NCBI GenBank assembly: GCA_013265495.1
Contig: MU058037.1
Span: forward strand, 1,303,498-1,367,497
Length of the DNA: 64,000 bases
Source: Vicugna vicugna
Lineage: Eukaryota
Direction of reading: 5' to 3'
Shown piece by piece: positions 30,940 to 45,088 of the stretch. The notes beneath the pieces are model-generated. The model was not told where the DNA came from. It saw only the letters and a list, made by a program, of their open reading frames with translations, and did not search any database. The translations under genes were made by a program, and so were the position numbers. Every line of letters begins with the position of its first letter. Positions within the stretch are counted from its first letter, which is position 1.

Positions 30940-31760
30940 CATTCCAATACCGAAGTCTGTGGAGGGTCGTGGCCTTAAGGACAACGAGGGCAAACAATGC
31001 CTTTCCCAAGCGGACATTTTCATTTCCTCCCTGGTGCAATGCCGCGGGGTTTGGCAGGGCCCCGGCCCTCCTGAGCCCACTACCGGCGCCTCCGGGGCCG
31101 GACCCGAAGGCTGCGAGACCTGCACCGCCCGCGCAATTCGACTGCGGCAGCTGCGCAGGCCGCCACACCCCTCCCGCGGCCCGCCGCGCTTTATTTACTC
31201 CACGGGACAGCGCGCCACGCGGAAGGCCGCACGTGGGTACCCGCCGCACGGCTTCCAGCTTGGGAGGCACGAGGCAGGGGCAGAGAAAAGGCCTCGGGCC
31301 TTGCGCCCCGGCCCTGGGCGCCGCGGGCTTGGGGCTTCGGCCCGAGGCCCTCACCTTTAGCACCAAGTCGGTCAGGTAGACGGCAGTCCAGCCGCCCACC
31401 ACCACCACCACCAGCGACACCGGAATCATGGCAGCGGCGGAGGCAGCGTGGGGAAGGCGAGCCCGAGTGTCCTCCCTGCGAGCCACAACCAGCCGACCGC
31501 GCGGCGCCTATAGCCCCAACATCTGCGCAGGAACCAAGCTGCCACCGGCTCCTTTCTCGTAGTGGCGTCGTTCCCTTCCGGATCCTTCCGGTGGAACACA
31601 CGGACCGCTTGTGTGGACCGGAAAAGGGCGCGGGGGCTTATTTTCGCGGGACACTCGGGCGCCGCTGTCTAGGTATCAGCTCGACTGCGGCTGCCAGCTC
31701 TCTAGCGATTTCTTAGGCTTTGGCCCTCCCTGCTGTCCGGTCTGTTCTCTCCGGTTCTGG
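30940..31760 (-). promoter_or_regulatory. CpG-island promoter of MBTPS2 with tandem ETS-like CCGGAAG sites (~31576-31591)
   Basis: Dense CpG/GC content around exon 1; cttccggatccttccgg about 150 nt upstream of the ATG. Confidence 0.85.
31355..31429 (-). CDS. MBTPS2: MBTPS2 coding exon 1 (start codon; MIPVSLVVVVVGGWTAVYLTDLVLK)
   Basis: ATG at 31429 in gccATG context; translation matches the S2P N-terminus; donor AAG|GTGAGG; lies in a CpG island. Confidence 0.97.
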
Positions 31761-32260
31761 TCTGGGGGTTGCTGTTCCTTTTTAATCTAATGAGGGTTTG
31801 GGGTCATCTGAAGTAATAATCATCTCCGCCACCCAGACGCTGTCATAGGTATCCAGATTTAAGTTAATTACATTTATTCGTTCTTTTTATTGATGTGTAA
31901 TTTACATTTAGCGAAAACATAACACACAGCTCAGCTGTCCGTTTCGATGAGTTCTGATAACTATATATCTGTGTACCCTAATCAAGATAGAGAACATTTC
32001 CATCTCAGGAATTTCCTTCGCGTCCCTTCCCAGTTAATTCCCCCTCCCCCGTTTTAATTTTTAAAAGCTTTATGTAAATAGGGTCATATAAAATACTCTT
32101 GTGTCCGGCTTATTTCGTTCAACATATTTTTGAGCTTTAAATTAGGTTCTTAAACTCTAACATAAACTTTGAGATGGGTGCTATGGTTAAAAAAATGGAC
32201 TTCTGAACATCTGTACATGTTTTTATGTTGCCGTGTACTTGATTATACATTGACTTGGAG

Positions 32261-32437
32261 TAGTGGTTCTCAACATTGGCTGTTAACATTAGGATCACCA
32301 GGGAGCTTTAAAAATTCCTGATGCCCATTCTGTAGCCTAGACCAGTTGAATCAGAATCTGAGAATGGGACCCCAGGCATCAGTATTTTTTAATCTCCTTA
32401 GGTCATTCCATTGTGCAGCCAAGATTGAGAACCATTG
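32261..32437. mobile_element. hAT-Charlie MER5-like MITE
   Basis: Terminal inverted repeats agtggttctcaa ... ttgagaaccatt; internal gaatcagaatct. Confidence 0.75.
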
Positions 32438-32907
32438 AACTTGCTATCTCTAACGGGAAGGGAAGCTAATATTTATGGAGTTAAAAAAAATTCTCTTCAT
32501 GTCCAAGTCTTTAAAAGTTATTTGTTTTAACTTTTCTGGAAAAGCATCACTAGCAATAATAAAATTAATACTAAATATCCAGAACATAATACTATCTTAA
32601 GAACAAATATCTCAAATAAAAATGCACCCTCAACCTCCTCCAAAGTAAAGGTGTAGTATAACACCAGAAACCTGTATTACAGATACTGCTACTAATTTGT
32701 CTCATACTCCCATACTTTTCCTAAAGTTTTAAAAATTTAGCACCGTATCTCTCTAGCTTAAAGAAACTTTATGCCTCAGTCTTATATCCTCTGGCATATA
32801 TGTGTGTATATGTGTTGTTATGAAATGTTTCAATTTATTTTGGACATAGCTGGGTGTAAATTATAAAAATTTATATTCAAGCACCCTGTGACTCCAGTTT
32901 TTCAAGT

Positions 32908-33254
32908 ACAGGTGTCCCAAAAGTCTTAAGTGCAGTTTTAGGTTGATAATTTCAGGAGCATCAATGCTACAAACTTGCAAAATAAATCACTTGAATGTTT
33001 ATTTAAATTTCTTTTACATTTATTTAATTTGGTGAATTTTGAATAATTTTAAATTTCAAATTTTTTAGTCTCCCTAACTGAGGATGGCAAACATTGACTG
33101 AAACAAAAGTTGAAATATATTTACTGTTCAAAAATTCCCAAGACCAAATAAGCAGGAAATAAATTTAAATAATTTTATTTTTCAAGTGACGTTTTATGTA
33201 GAGTTTGTACTTCTGAAGTTATTAAAGCTTAAAACTACATTAAGACTATTGTAT
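32908..33254. mobile_element. Palindromic MITE (TcMar-like) with long terminal inverted repeats
   Basis: agtcttaagtgcagttttaggttgataatttcagg is mirrored by ttctgaagttattaaagcttaaaactacattaagact; begins at TA. Confidence 0.55.
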
Positions 33255-34616
33255 TTGAACTGATCTTTGTTTGGTTTTGTATAATGACTCTATTTTTTAA
33301 CGCTGTTTTTTCCTAGGATGAGAATATTAACTTAAGAATTAAAATGTCTTCTCTTTTGTTAGCCTGAAGGCTTGTCTGGACCAATTGCTGGGACAAATAC
33401 CAGTTACTATGTGGCTATCTGATTACCCAAAATATGTAGGCCATGAGTTGACTGTGTTTTTCTGTTTTCAACCTAAAATTTTAGTTATTCAACTGACTTG
33501 GTGTTCTCATCAAGGACCCAGCAGTCAAACAAAACACTGAATAGAATCCTGCTAGTTTCTGGAATCTATCAGTAGTGGAAGCCAGCTGGTGGCAGCAGAA
33601 GAGACAAGACAGAGGATGCAACGTGGCAGCAAAAAATACTTGAATTCCAGAAGATCAGGGTATTCTTCCTTAGAATAAATGTGACCTAGTTTACAAATAG
33701 TTTCAGGTTTCTGTCAAGTAACTATTTTAAATAAAGGACACATAGTCAAGCTTTTATTCATATTATTTTTATTTAGTATATATTTTTCAAGGGGCACCAA
33801 GATAAATTTTGGCTGAACGCAAAATAGCTACATGTTAAAACTCAATATTTGGCTTAAGCAGAATATCACCATTATATAATAAACTTCTGAGATACCAGAA
33901 TCAACATGAAATATAAAAATTAGATATTATGAATTTAAAAATATCATAATTTTATTATTAAAATTTAGTATTCAGATTTTTAAAGTTTAACTTTCCATTC
34001 AAGAATATTTATTTCTCATCAGTGTAAGCTGATAGTTTGTTTCTGGGGTCATTATACTCTACGTTTATGACACTAAATTATACCAGCTACATTATTCTTG
34101 GGAGACAAGCCCTAAAATCCCACTGGTTTAAAATGACAAAGATTTATTTTTTGTTTGTGCTGCATATCCAACATGCGTTGGTAGACTGATGGAGATTCCA
34201 CCATTTTATCATGCCCACATCTTAAAGTGAGGCTCAGGGTTCACTGCCGCAGAGAAAGAGAACTGGAGTGGAGTGTTTCCCTTTGGCAGCAAAATGCTAT
34301 GGCCCAGACATGCACATGTTACTTCCACCCATGTTTCATGAGCCAAAAGTGGTCAAGTAGCTGTGCCTAACTTAAAGGGCAGAAAGAGTATGATCCTTTA
34401 TATACCTAGAAGTAGAGAAGAATATACCTGGAAATAAATAGTAGTGTCATCTACCACTTCAAAAGATGCTCTCTTTCATCTGTGGAGGGCGGAGTAGCAG
34501 ATAATGTTTGGATAGTGCTGCCATGTTGGGATACTGCTAACATTGATGTTGCCACAAAATTATTAAGCTTTCCTTTCTCTTTAGTGAGAACTGGCTAAAA
34601 TAAAGGTTCATCTCTA

Positions 34617-35161
34617 TTTTTTTTTTCATTTTAACAGTTTTTAATGAAAGTTGTATACCAGATTACTTTATTCCTGGGTCTTCTCAATTGTTTCTTCCTT
34701 ATATTTGCCTTTTTCCTTTTCTACTTGGGGAGATTTGGCTTTCCATTCGAGGGTCTTTTTGCAGTCTTTGTCCAGTTTTAGTCTAGTGATAACCAGCTTC
34801 CTGGGGTGAATGCCCACATGGACAGTCATGCCATTAGCCCTTCCTGCTGCACTCGTCCAGTGTAGATGACACATCTCTTCCTGTAAACCTGGACCACTGT
34901 GCCAAGCTGCTGCCCTTTGTAGTGTCCTCTTACAACCTGAACTTCATCATCCTTTCAGATGGACATAGATTGAACATTGTACTTCTCTCTCAGCTCTTTG
35001 GAAAGAGGAGAAGACATAATCTTCCTGCAAATCTGGGAAGGTACAATGAAATATCTTTTACAGTTCTCGCTTTGGGCAGAAGTGACAGAGGGATTGAATT
35101 TCATTTTGGCCGCTGGTGTTTTGGCGATGGCTGCAAAAGGGAAGAGACCCACATGCTGCTC
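34617..35161 (-). pseudogene. RPL26: Processed pseudogene of ribosomal protein RPL26
   Basis: MKFNPSVTS...[10 protein letters not shown] (ATG 35104, stop 34668); premature TGA at 34957-34955; 1-nt frameshift near 34840; 5'TOP-like CTCTTCCCTTTTG; poly(A) at 34617-34626; TSD-like TCATCT[C/T]TATT at 34608 and 35162. Confidence 0.92.
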
Positions 35162-35262
35162 TCATCTTTATTAAGTCCTAGTTTTGGTGTGGTTGTTGAT
35201 GATGGTGCAGCTTGGTTGAAGCAGTTCCACAAATGGAAGCTTTTGGTACTAGCTGAAGAAAA

Positions 35263-35727
35263 TGTAACTGAGCAGGACCCTATGGGGCTTTCCTAGGACA
35301 GACCTCTCCCCTGTTATTGTCTGCTGTATGTAGCTCTTCTTATCTGATGCACATTTCCTGAGTTGTTTTACAGCTGTGAAAACTCCCACCAAATGGAAGA
35401 TGTTAACTCCTTGATGACCATGAGCACAAAGCCCCCAGGCCTCCTGGAGCCTAAGGACTGATTACATTAACTCCTGTGACACCGCCCGTTACCTCACCAT
35501 CAACCAATCAGAGGACTGTGCACCAGCTGATCACACACCCTGTGGACCACGCCCCCCCGCCCCGACTTTTAAAAATGTTTTGCTGAAACTCTTTGGGGAG
35601 TTCGAGGTTCTAGAGCACAAGACACCCGTCCTTGTACTGGCGCCTTTACAATAAATACTGCACTTTCCTTCACCACAACCCAGTGTAGTAGATTGTCTTT
35701 ACTGCATGAGGCGAGCAGACCCAAGGT
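35263..35727 (+). mobile_element. Solo ERV LTR-like element (3' end apparently truncated)
   Basis: Starts TGTAACTGAGCAGGACCCTATGGGG; CCAAT, AT-rich box and AATAAA (35650) in U3-R-U5 order. Confidence 0.65.
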
Positions 35728-36440
35728 TTTTTTTGAATCTTTTCTGAAAATGTTGTCCTCACTTATATTTTTTATTCCATATGTGTATTTTTGTCATATG
35801 AATAAAATCTGTTCTTGAACCTTGGTTCTAAAATTGTGACAAAGGAGCAATATAACTGGCTTTCAAGAAACCAGTCATCTTACTTTTTCCATCTGCACTT
35901 CAGTTTCATTTCGGGTACACCAGTATCAGCACCCTCCTGGAGTAGAATGAAAAGAGAATCTTTTCAGCTGCTATCATGTAAGAAATACTTGTACTCTGAA
36001 AGCATCAGTTTGTTTACTTCTTTCTCAGGTTCCAGCAAGCAAAGATTTTTCTGCAAGCAGTTTAAGTAAGTTAAGATATATTGTTTTCATCTAAAAAGCA
36101 TATTATTTTGGCTTTGCTCAAGATGACTTTTTAAATAGTAGTGGCTGCTATTTCATCTTGTATAAACATCTTGTTAAATAAATGACAAGGGAATTCCAAA
36201 ACCTTTGGACATCATGTATTTTTGTCTTTGACTTTGAAAAGTCCGATGCAGTGGTACTTTCCACTATCTTTCTGCTTATAGGCAGTTATAATTGCTTTCA
36301 GATTACAGTACTGAAGCCTGTCAGAACAAAACATTGTATGCTTATGATTCTTCAATGACTCTTAACTTTGTTCTAGATTAATGATTGACATGTTTTGAAA
36401 CTGATTTTCCATCCTATTAACAGTTCTTCAATCAGAATGC

Positions 36441-36571
36441 ATTTTTTTGGTAGGGGGAGGTAATTAGGTTTATTTATTTATATATATATATTTAATGGAA
36501 GTACTGGGGATTGAACCCAGGACCTCATGCATGCTAAGCAGTGCTCTACCACTGAGCTATACCCTCCCCCC
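36441..36571 (-). mobile_element. tRNA-derived SINE (Vic-1-like)
   Basis: Same head and tail motifs; flanking atgcatt direct repeat. Confidence 0.85.
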
Positions 36572-36619
36572 AGGATGCATTATGTTGATAGCTTTGATAG
36601 CTTCTTCCTCAGAAGGAAT

Positions 36620-37075
36620 CACGCTTCTGGTTTCTATCACCACAGATTAGTTTTTGTCTATTAAAGTCATAAAAATGGAGTTGTACAATATGTACTCCTT
36701 TGTGTCTGCCTTCTTTCACTCAACATTACATCTGTAAGATTGATCAATAATGTTGTAGGTAGCAAAGCATTTTTTCACCACTGTGTAGTATTTCACAAAT
36801 TATCTGTTTTGTGCTTGATGAACATTTTGGAGTTTACAGTGTTTGACTATTATGAATAACAGTGCTATGAACATTCTTGTATATATGCACTGGTGGAGGT
36901 TATCTCTAATTTCTGTTGGGTATATGTCCAGGTGTGGAATTACTGGGTCACAGATTGGACATATCTGTGTCTTTAGTATTTACTGCCAAATAGCTTTTCA
37001 AAGCAGACGTACTAATGTACATTCCCACCCGCAATGCAAGAGAGTTCTGGTTGCTCCATGTCCTTGTCTGAACTT
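36620..37075 (-). mobile_element. Old antisense L1 fragment
   Basis: gctatgaacattcttgt...ggaattactgggtca...cattcccacc motifs. Confidence 0.7.
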
Positions 37076-37244
37076 GACATTTTTGAAGTTAAAATTTTTT
37101 CCTGGCTTTATTGATATATTACTGACATAAAGGTACTCGATATTTTCAGTCCTTTAATTTTAGTCACCTTTAATGTTATTTGAGGGGCACAAGCTGACAT
37201 TAGAAATCTTTTCAAATTATTTTTGTTGTTAAACTCTGCTTCAA

Positions 37245-37372
37245 TTTTTTTTTGGGGGAGGTGGTAATTAGATTTATTTATTTATTTATTTTAATGGAGG
37301 TACTGGGGATTGAACCCAGGACCTTGCATATGCTAGGCAGGCACTCTACCACTGAGCTACACCCCCCCCCCC
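37245..37372 (-). mobile_element. tRNA-derived SINE (Vic-1-like)
   Basis: Same head and tail motifs; flanking cttca direct repeat. Confidence 0.82.
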
Positions 37373-38504
37373 AACTTCAGTATTAAAGAGTCTATGCATA
37401 GACTGGGTACATGAAGCATTGGAAATTATCAGGGTCACAGGAGGCCTGAGGTTTTGGATTTGTGCAGATCCAGTTCAGGTGTTTGAGGGAAGCACATATT
37501 TGAGAAGAACTGGAGAAGATTACTGTGTTCTTGAAGGTGAAATTTCATTCCATAAAGATGGAAGAATGACTCTTAAAAGATGGATGGTTCAGTAGAGACT
37601 GTCTGAAGTCGGCAAAGCTGTCAGGAGACTGGATGAATGCATCTTTCTGTTAGGCCAGTTGTTGAGTGTGCATCAAAGTCCTCTGGAGGGCTTATTAAAA
37701 CACAGCTCGCCAGGCCAACCCCCAGACTTTCTGAGTCAGCAGGTCTGGGAGCTGGGGCGCAGAGAACCTGCATGTCTAACCAGTTCCCAGGTGATGCCCA
37801 TACTGCTCATCCCAAGACCAACACTGTGCCATGCGAGCCACTGAGGTCCCTTATTGCAATGTCCCAGTGAGTGGTGAAGGCAATGACAGGTAAATTGGAT
37901 TTGGGATATATTTGGAGAGGGTGAGCCAATAAAACTTGGTGTTAAACATTTTGATCCGAGAGTGTTCCTTAAGTAGGTTTCTTACTTATGTTTTTGCTTT
38001 TTAGTGTATTAAATTTAAGGGCCATGAAATTTTATTTTAAGCATACAGGCTCTAGAGTTAGAGTAGATGATTTTCATCTACTTTTTTAGTTATCTTTCCA
38101 GTGACACAATTAAAAATTGCTGAATTATTATCCAGTCAGCTGAAACACTGCCAAAGGTCAAAATCTCTGATACTGGTTTTCAGCATATTGACCGGACAAA
38201 GCAAACGATGTACAAGTTTTAAAATGTTCTCAGAGCCCAGCAAAAATCTGACGAACGAGTTGTCATGCAGGAAGCATGACACAAACATCTATTTTTCTTA
38301 CCCTTTCAGAAAATGGAATTCTCCACTATATAATAATACATAATTTCAACAAAGTCTTCTGCATCCGATTAGTTATAAAAAGAACTAACCATCAAAAAGC
38401 AATCCTCTGTAGCAAAAGCATTTTATCTTTGTGGATGCCAATAAAAGTTTCATTTCTTTTGAAAAATAGGCAAAGAATATATTCCTACAACATATAAAGT
38501 CTCC

Positions 38505-39858
38505 ATGAAAAGATAGTCTCTTCGGCAAGTAATGTTGAGAAAGCTGGACAGCCGCATGTAAATCAATGAAGTTAGAACACTCCCTCAGACCATACACAAA
38601 AATAAACTCAAAGTGGCTTAAAGACTTAAACATAAGACAAGGCACCATAAATCGAAGAGAACACAGGCAAAACATTCTCTGACATAAATCATAGCAGTGT
38701 TTTCCTAGGTCAGTCTCCCAAGGCAATAGAAATAAAAGGAAAAATTAAAAAATGGCACCTAATTAAACTTCTAAGCTTTTGCACAGCAAAAGAAACCATA
38801 AACAAAACAAAAAGACAACCAACCTATGGGCTGGGAGAAAATATTTGCAAATGATGAGACTGACAAGGGCTTAATTTCCAGAATATAGAAATAGATCATA
38901 CAACTTAATAACAAGAAAATAAACAACCCAATCCAAAAATGTGCAGAAGTCTTAAATAGACATTTCTTCAATGAAGACATACAGATGGCCAATAGGCACA
39001 TGAGAAGATGCTAAATATCGCTAATTATCAGAGAAATGCAAATCAAAATCACTATGAGGTATCACCTCACACCAGTTAGAATGGGCATCATTCAAAAGTC
39101 CACAAATGATAAATGCTGGAGAGGCTGTGGAGAAAAGGGAACCCTCCTACACTATTGGTGGAAATGTAATTTGGTGCAGCCACTATAAAAAACAGTACAG
39201 AGATTCCTTAAAAAACAAAAAACAGAGTTACCATATGATCCAGCAATCCCACTCCCTGGGCATATATCTGGAGAAAACTCTAATTCGAAAAGATTCATGC
39301 ACCACAATGTTCATAGAGGCACTATTTATGGTAGCCAAAACACAGAACACCTAATGTCCATTAGACAGATGAATGGATAAAGAAGATGTAGTATATATAT
39401 ACAACAGAATACTACTCAGCCACAAAAAAGAATGAAATAATGCCATTTGCAGCAACATGTTTGGACCCAGAGATTATCATACTAAGTGAAGTAAGTCAGA
39501 CGGAGGAAGACAAATATCATATGACATCACTTATATGTGGAATCTAAAAAAATGACACAAATGAACTTATTTACAAAACAGAAACAGACTCACAGACATA
39601 GAAAACAAACTTATAGTTCCCAAAGGGGAAAGGGGGAGGGGAAAATTCGGAGTTTGGGATTAACAGATACACACTACTATATATGATACAGATCAACAAG
39701 GACCTACTGTATAACACAGGGAACCATATTCAATATCTTGTAATAACCTATAATGAAAAAGAATATATATATGACACTGAATCACTCTGCTGTAGACCAG
39801 AAGCTAATGCAACATGGTAAACCAACTATACCTCAATCAATCAATAGATCAATCAATG
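38505..39858 (+). mobile_element. 5'-truncated L1 with target-site duplication
   Basis: ORF2 C-terminal homology; TSD AAAGTCTCC at 38496-38504 and 39859-39867; tail converted to (CAAT)n. Confidence 0.9.
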
Positions 39859-42800
39859 AAAGTCTCCTTGCATGATATGATGATCCAAGCTTGCTATTTT
39901 CTGTTCCAGTGGTCCTTAAGCAGATACATGCACCAGAATCACTTGACTGGGGGAGGGGGCATTCATCTTCAAAATACATCTGATCCTGGCCCCTTGCTGG
40001 ATGCAGGGCTGGGACCCTCTGAGGATGGAGTGTAGACATATTCATGTTTACGTGCTCCCTAGGCTTCGATAGGACCTCCCTTAGGGCCATGTGGCATTTG
40101 GATAATCTGCAAGCCCTTCTGCTACTTTTATTCTTTTTTATCCCTTTTATCCGCCTAGAAGTGCTGGATAAAATAAGGCAAGCATCCTTTTAAACACACA
40201 GTTAGGATGGTAAGGGAAATACTTAAGGGCCAAAATCAGAGCCAGACTTACAGTTCCACATGGTAAACGGCTGCTGATACTTTATTTCCCTTGGAAGAGG
40301 AAGAGACTATTCCCATCTTTGTAACCAAGTACTCCTATCTTTCGGCTTGGGTTTTAATAGCTTTTGGGGTTCAGAGAAAAAGCTCTGGGCATAGACAAGT
40401 TGAGGAATTGGAACTAAGAACCCTGTACAAACCTGTGACTCTGTTTGGGCTACAGTGGGGTAGAAAGCAAATCCATCCATCAGCTGAGGTAGAAAACAAA
40501 GCTTGTCTGCCTTTGTCTGAACTTTGAGTGGAAAAAAAAGTGTGTGTGTGTATATATATATACGCATATATATTCACATACATAAACACATATATACAAA
40601 ATCTCCACGGGAATTAATAACCACCACCTTTCCTCAGGTGCTTTTCAGTCTGAATTTACAATACCCGTGTGGTTTGGCAACCCCGAGCTGAGAAATTAAG
40701 TATAAGAAATGGCCCTAGGCTAGGACACTTTCAGGGCTCTTGGCAAAAGCAAATGGAGGACTTCTGAGGGACATACTCTTAAGCCAGACCAAACTGTGGT
40801 TGTAGGTGGGGTCGGGGGTGGCAGAGGAGTAATTTAAGTAGAGCCTAGGTGCTCCTGGGGTGCAGAGTGGCTGAAGCCAGGGTGGACAGCCTGATCTCAG
40901 ACAGTCACCTCGCTCCCTGCAGACCCTCATAGCTGACAGACACTGCCTTCTCCAAGTGGGTTCAAGGTGTACCCCGACCTGAGAATTTGCTTAGTGGAAC
41001 AAGAGTAAACAGGTGACTATTTCACCATCTTGTCTCTAGCATGTAATACAGTTAGTGCCTTGCATGAGGACTTGTGTACAGGGAATCCTCCTTTTTGTGA
41101 ACTTTAGAGCTGACCCAGATTAGGGGCTGGCCTTCAACCATCACCCGTAGATATCACGAGGCCAAGAAGTCAGTCCCTCCATGGGAATATGACTCACAGG
41201 CCAAAATAACCAGATACCTGAAGAAGATAGATACCTCAAAAGAAAAACAAAAAACTGGAAGCCACGTACTAATTTTAGTAGGAACTAAGAGATTTAAACA
41301 AATATGAGATGCCTTCCCCTTCTGGTTAGGTGGGTGTAGAAAGTTGTAAGAGATTGTTGTTCTCATTCTATCAGGTGATTCTGATGTCACCACTCATTGA
41401 AAACGGCTACTCTGTTCCAATAAGCTGTATAACCTCAGTAAATGCACACAGACTGAACTTGACAAGAATGGTGATCTATGGTGATGTTGTTTACCTGCTC
41501 GTGCTTACGTTTTGTTCAATGCCATGTAATTTTATCTTGAAACTGCTTAATTAGTGGTTAGTTGGAGGAGATGTAAAGGTGGATACAACACTGACAGAAT
41601 GACTTATTACTTTGTGGTTTATTGGAAGACCAGATTGTTCAAACACATGTGAAATTTTCCCTCATCTCTTGTCGTGGAGATGTAGCCCCAAATTAAAATC
41701 AGTGTGCCAGCACTGTAGTACTGCAACCAGCTTTATAAGAAGAGCCAGGCAAATTTTAATTTATTTAGCACTACTTGCTGTGTTTTTTTTTAAACAAATT
41801 TTATTTGCCTATTCTACCACTCATCTTCCGGGTTCAATAGTGGGGCACGCCATCTTTCACTTTCAAGTCTTCACCATGCTTTTTGCCTTGTCCCGCTGCA
41901 CTCTTCCCTTTCCTTCCCCGCCCTCTGTCTTCCTGTCCCCAGTCACTCCAGGGTATCCACCTCTCCCAGCCATCAGTGTAAATGTCACCTCCTGCAGGAC
42001 TGAATTGCTCCTTCTCTGTATTGCTAAAGCTTCAGCACTTGATTTCATCAGAACCTTTAGCACAAGACATGGTTTTTTCTTATTTAATTGACCATCTTCC
42101 CTGTTAGGTTATGACCTTCAAGAGGTTGGAAACCATGACTCTATTTCACCATCCTGGCCCCAGAACATAAAGTAGTTAATGCCTTGCTTATAGGCAGTAC
42201 TCATTTTGTTTTTATGTAATGAATGTATGTTTGAGCAAGGACAAACAACCGAGAATATAATTTGGTTTGAGAATCCGCTTAAACTAATGTATTTTGCAGT
42301 CTAGTATACAGATACATCCAAAAGACTCATGGCAATGAAATGTGTGCATAGCCTTTGCATTTTTCAAAGTCCTCTCCGTTGTTTATTTTCATTACACAAA
42401 TCTCCCCTTTGTTAGACTTTTGTCATCCACAGACTACACTGCAAGACAGCCTACAGGTGACCCTAGGAGTTTGAAGAGAGACTTTACCCTGTGGCTATAA
42501 TAAAAAAGACAGAACAGGGCTGCTAATGTTTGCAACAATTCAAGGGATGCAGCTGGAATAGTGATCAGCTCTTGTGGCTGACTGGATGCCAAGGGACGAA
42601 GGCATCTCCCCCAGGAGGGAGTAGTAGGCTCTGCCTCTGTAAGAGACACTGCTCCAAGTTATTTGTTTACAGCCATGAGACTAATTTTTAATCGATGCAT
42701 TTCTGAGTGAAGAGACCCAGATGTTACATGCTAATTTCCCTTTTTAGTGTGTCAATATATGCAATCTGGCTTGAGGGCTGGGAGAGTCCATCAGTCACAC

Positions 42801-44496
42801 CTGACTAGCTGCTCTGCATGAAATACGAACAGTAAATGTTTTGTCTCTGGAATTTGAGGAAAATTTCATTAAAGACAGGAGCCATTCCTAGTCCCCAATA
42901 AAGAGCAGACAAGAAGGCCGATTAAGGATTTGAAAATGACTGACTGGAGGGTGGTGTGGGGTGGGAGGGCTGGAGTGTGCATGGAGGGGATGGGAAAAGT
43001 CATGGAAGAGACCCAAATTTTCCAGGGTCCCAGCATATGGATTTGTTTACTTTGAGAGGTAATTGCCAGCTGAGGCCCCTGTTCTTGCAGCTCATTTCAA
43101 ATTCTGATGATAGAGAAATTATTCCTTTTTCTGATGATGAGAAATCCGATCCAAGTTACAGAGGCTTAGAAATGTCTCTGCTAGTAATTTGCTAGATTTA
43201 AGGATATAGGATTTCACAATTAGATTCTCATTTAAGAAAAACCATCTTGCTTATTTAGAGAATTAGTCTTTTATTAGTGAAAATGGATTTGCTTCTGAGG
43301 CCTAAACTACTTGGACTCATTTCAGGCAAATGTTTTCGAAGAGCTGAGTTCTTAAATTGAAAGAGAAACATAAGCCAGCATAATAACATATTTAATGAAC
43401 TGCACGAATGCCTTGGAAAATTCCCGTCCTGGCAAAACAGTAGAACAGAAATCACAACTGAAGGTGCCAAATAGCTTCCATTTCCCTCAGAGGCCCAAAT
43501 CATTCTAGGTCACAGTATATACTCGTGCATTTATTGATTTTTTTATTTTCTGAATTTCTTACATAAAAATGTGGTCCAATTTTTCTGGCTAACTTAAGGG
43601 CCTGATTGGCAACACTGAATTGATTGTTTCTCAAATAAGATCAGTAATCCGTTTGGGAAGTGTGTGTGTTTGTGTGTGTGTTTGGCAGTGATGGCAGATG
43701 GTTATGAAGAGACTTTGGAAACTTTACTTTACATGCTGGAGCAGGGATGTGAACTCTAGATTGTATGCTTGGCCTCTTCCCATCTTTTGTGTTGTGACCC
43801 TTCATCTCCCAATTATTTCAAAAGCTGCCATGAACTCTTAGCATAGCTACTTGACAATGGCCCTGGGGACTTCCCCTCTGCCCATTTCCTCCCCCACAGG
43901 ACAGTGAACCCTCCAAGAGCAGGTGGGAATTGTTCTGGTGGCCAGAGAGAGGTGCCCTCACCAGGCAGGGCCTGGGTGAGGAGTGACAGCGAGGGCGAGA
44001 CGGCTGGAGGGAGGGGACTATTCCAAGATCTGCGTTACTGGAGGATCACACTTCAGCATGAGGAAATGGCTTCTCAACACTCACATTTCCTAAGTTCTGG
44101 GGACATGCCCTGGAAAGTGTACTGACCATGCTGTTCTGACTCAGCCCCCTAAATATGACTTTCTCCTTGAGGTTCTCTCACTAGCACTCTTAGAGCTCTT
44201 GTAAGTGAAGCTAAGCCAGCATAGCTGCTCAGACATCGCCAGGTTCTTGGATTAATGTAGGAAAAGACTTGATGATCAGAGACAGATGAGGGTCATGGAT
44301 CTCCTCCCCTACAGCCAGGTGGGATATTACTGTAAAAGCACATCGCAGACCGAATTCTGCCAAACATACAAGTGCTTAGAGCCAGCAGTCCCCAGACAGG
44401 CACCCTGGCCTCAAAGGTTTAATCTAGGGTGGATTCAGCATCCTTCTGAAGTCAGGTGAGCAGGCCTTTTAGTCAGATCAGGCCCCAATGTCCTTT

Positions 44497-45088
44497 ATGA
44501 AGGAGTTAAGTAGTTAGGTAAGTGGGGGCACTGGACAGATGGGTGGAGGAGAGAAAGGATGGTCCGGAAGATGGTATTATGCCTGCCTCCATCATAAAGG
44601 GACTTCACTTCTTCTAAATGAGTGGCAGCATAAACAAAAAACAAAAAGCAACTGGTTAAAACCCAACAGCCATGACTTGGGCGGTAGCAGAAAGGACTTA
44701 ACCAGACATGACCAATGCTCACTGTATTATAATTAGCATTGCAGTTTAGGCTCCTGCCACACCCCCCTCCAATGGGTTTTTCTGTGTGCACCATGGTTAA
44801 GGACATGCGCAAAGGGGCCAAACATGACTAAGCACTCCAGGGACAAGAGCCATCAATCAATCAATCAATCAAGAGACCACCTCTAAGCAAGGGTATAAGA
44901 AAAAGGGGAGACAAAAACCGCTGCTTTTCTTCCCTTGGGCCAGCCCACCTCCCATTCTTGGGTGTGTATTTTTTCTTTCCTTTTAAATAAATCTTTGAAG
45001 TCTTTAGCTACACAACACACAGTCTCCCGACTGCAAACTTGTCTTTCGGGTGTGACAAGAACCGGGGTCTTTACCTTTTGGGGGTAAC
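44497..45088 (+). mobile_element. Solo ERV LTR-like element
   Basis: TG start, TATAAG at ~44894, AATAAA at ~44986, ends gacaagaaccgg...ggtaaCA; boundaries uncertain. Confidence 0.55.

Noticed and set aside
30824..31601. 220-aa and other ORFs across the CpG island, including an upstream in-frame GTG at 31486
   Set aside because: Only 31355-31429 matches S2P. The rest is read-through into GC-rich intron 1 or the 5'UTR, and nothing supports non-AUG initiation.
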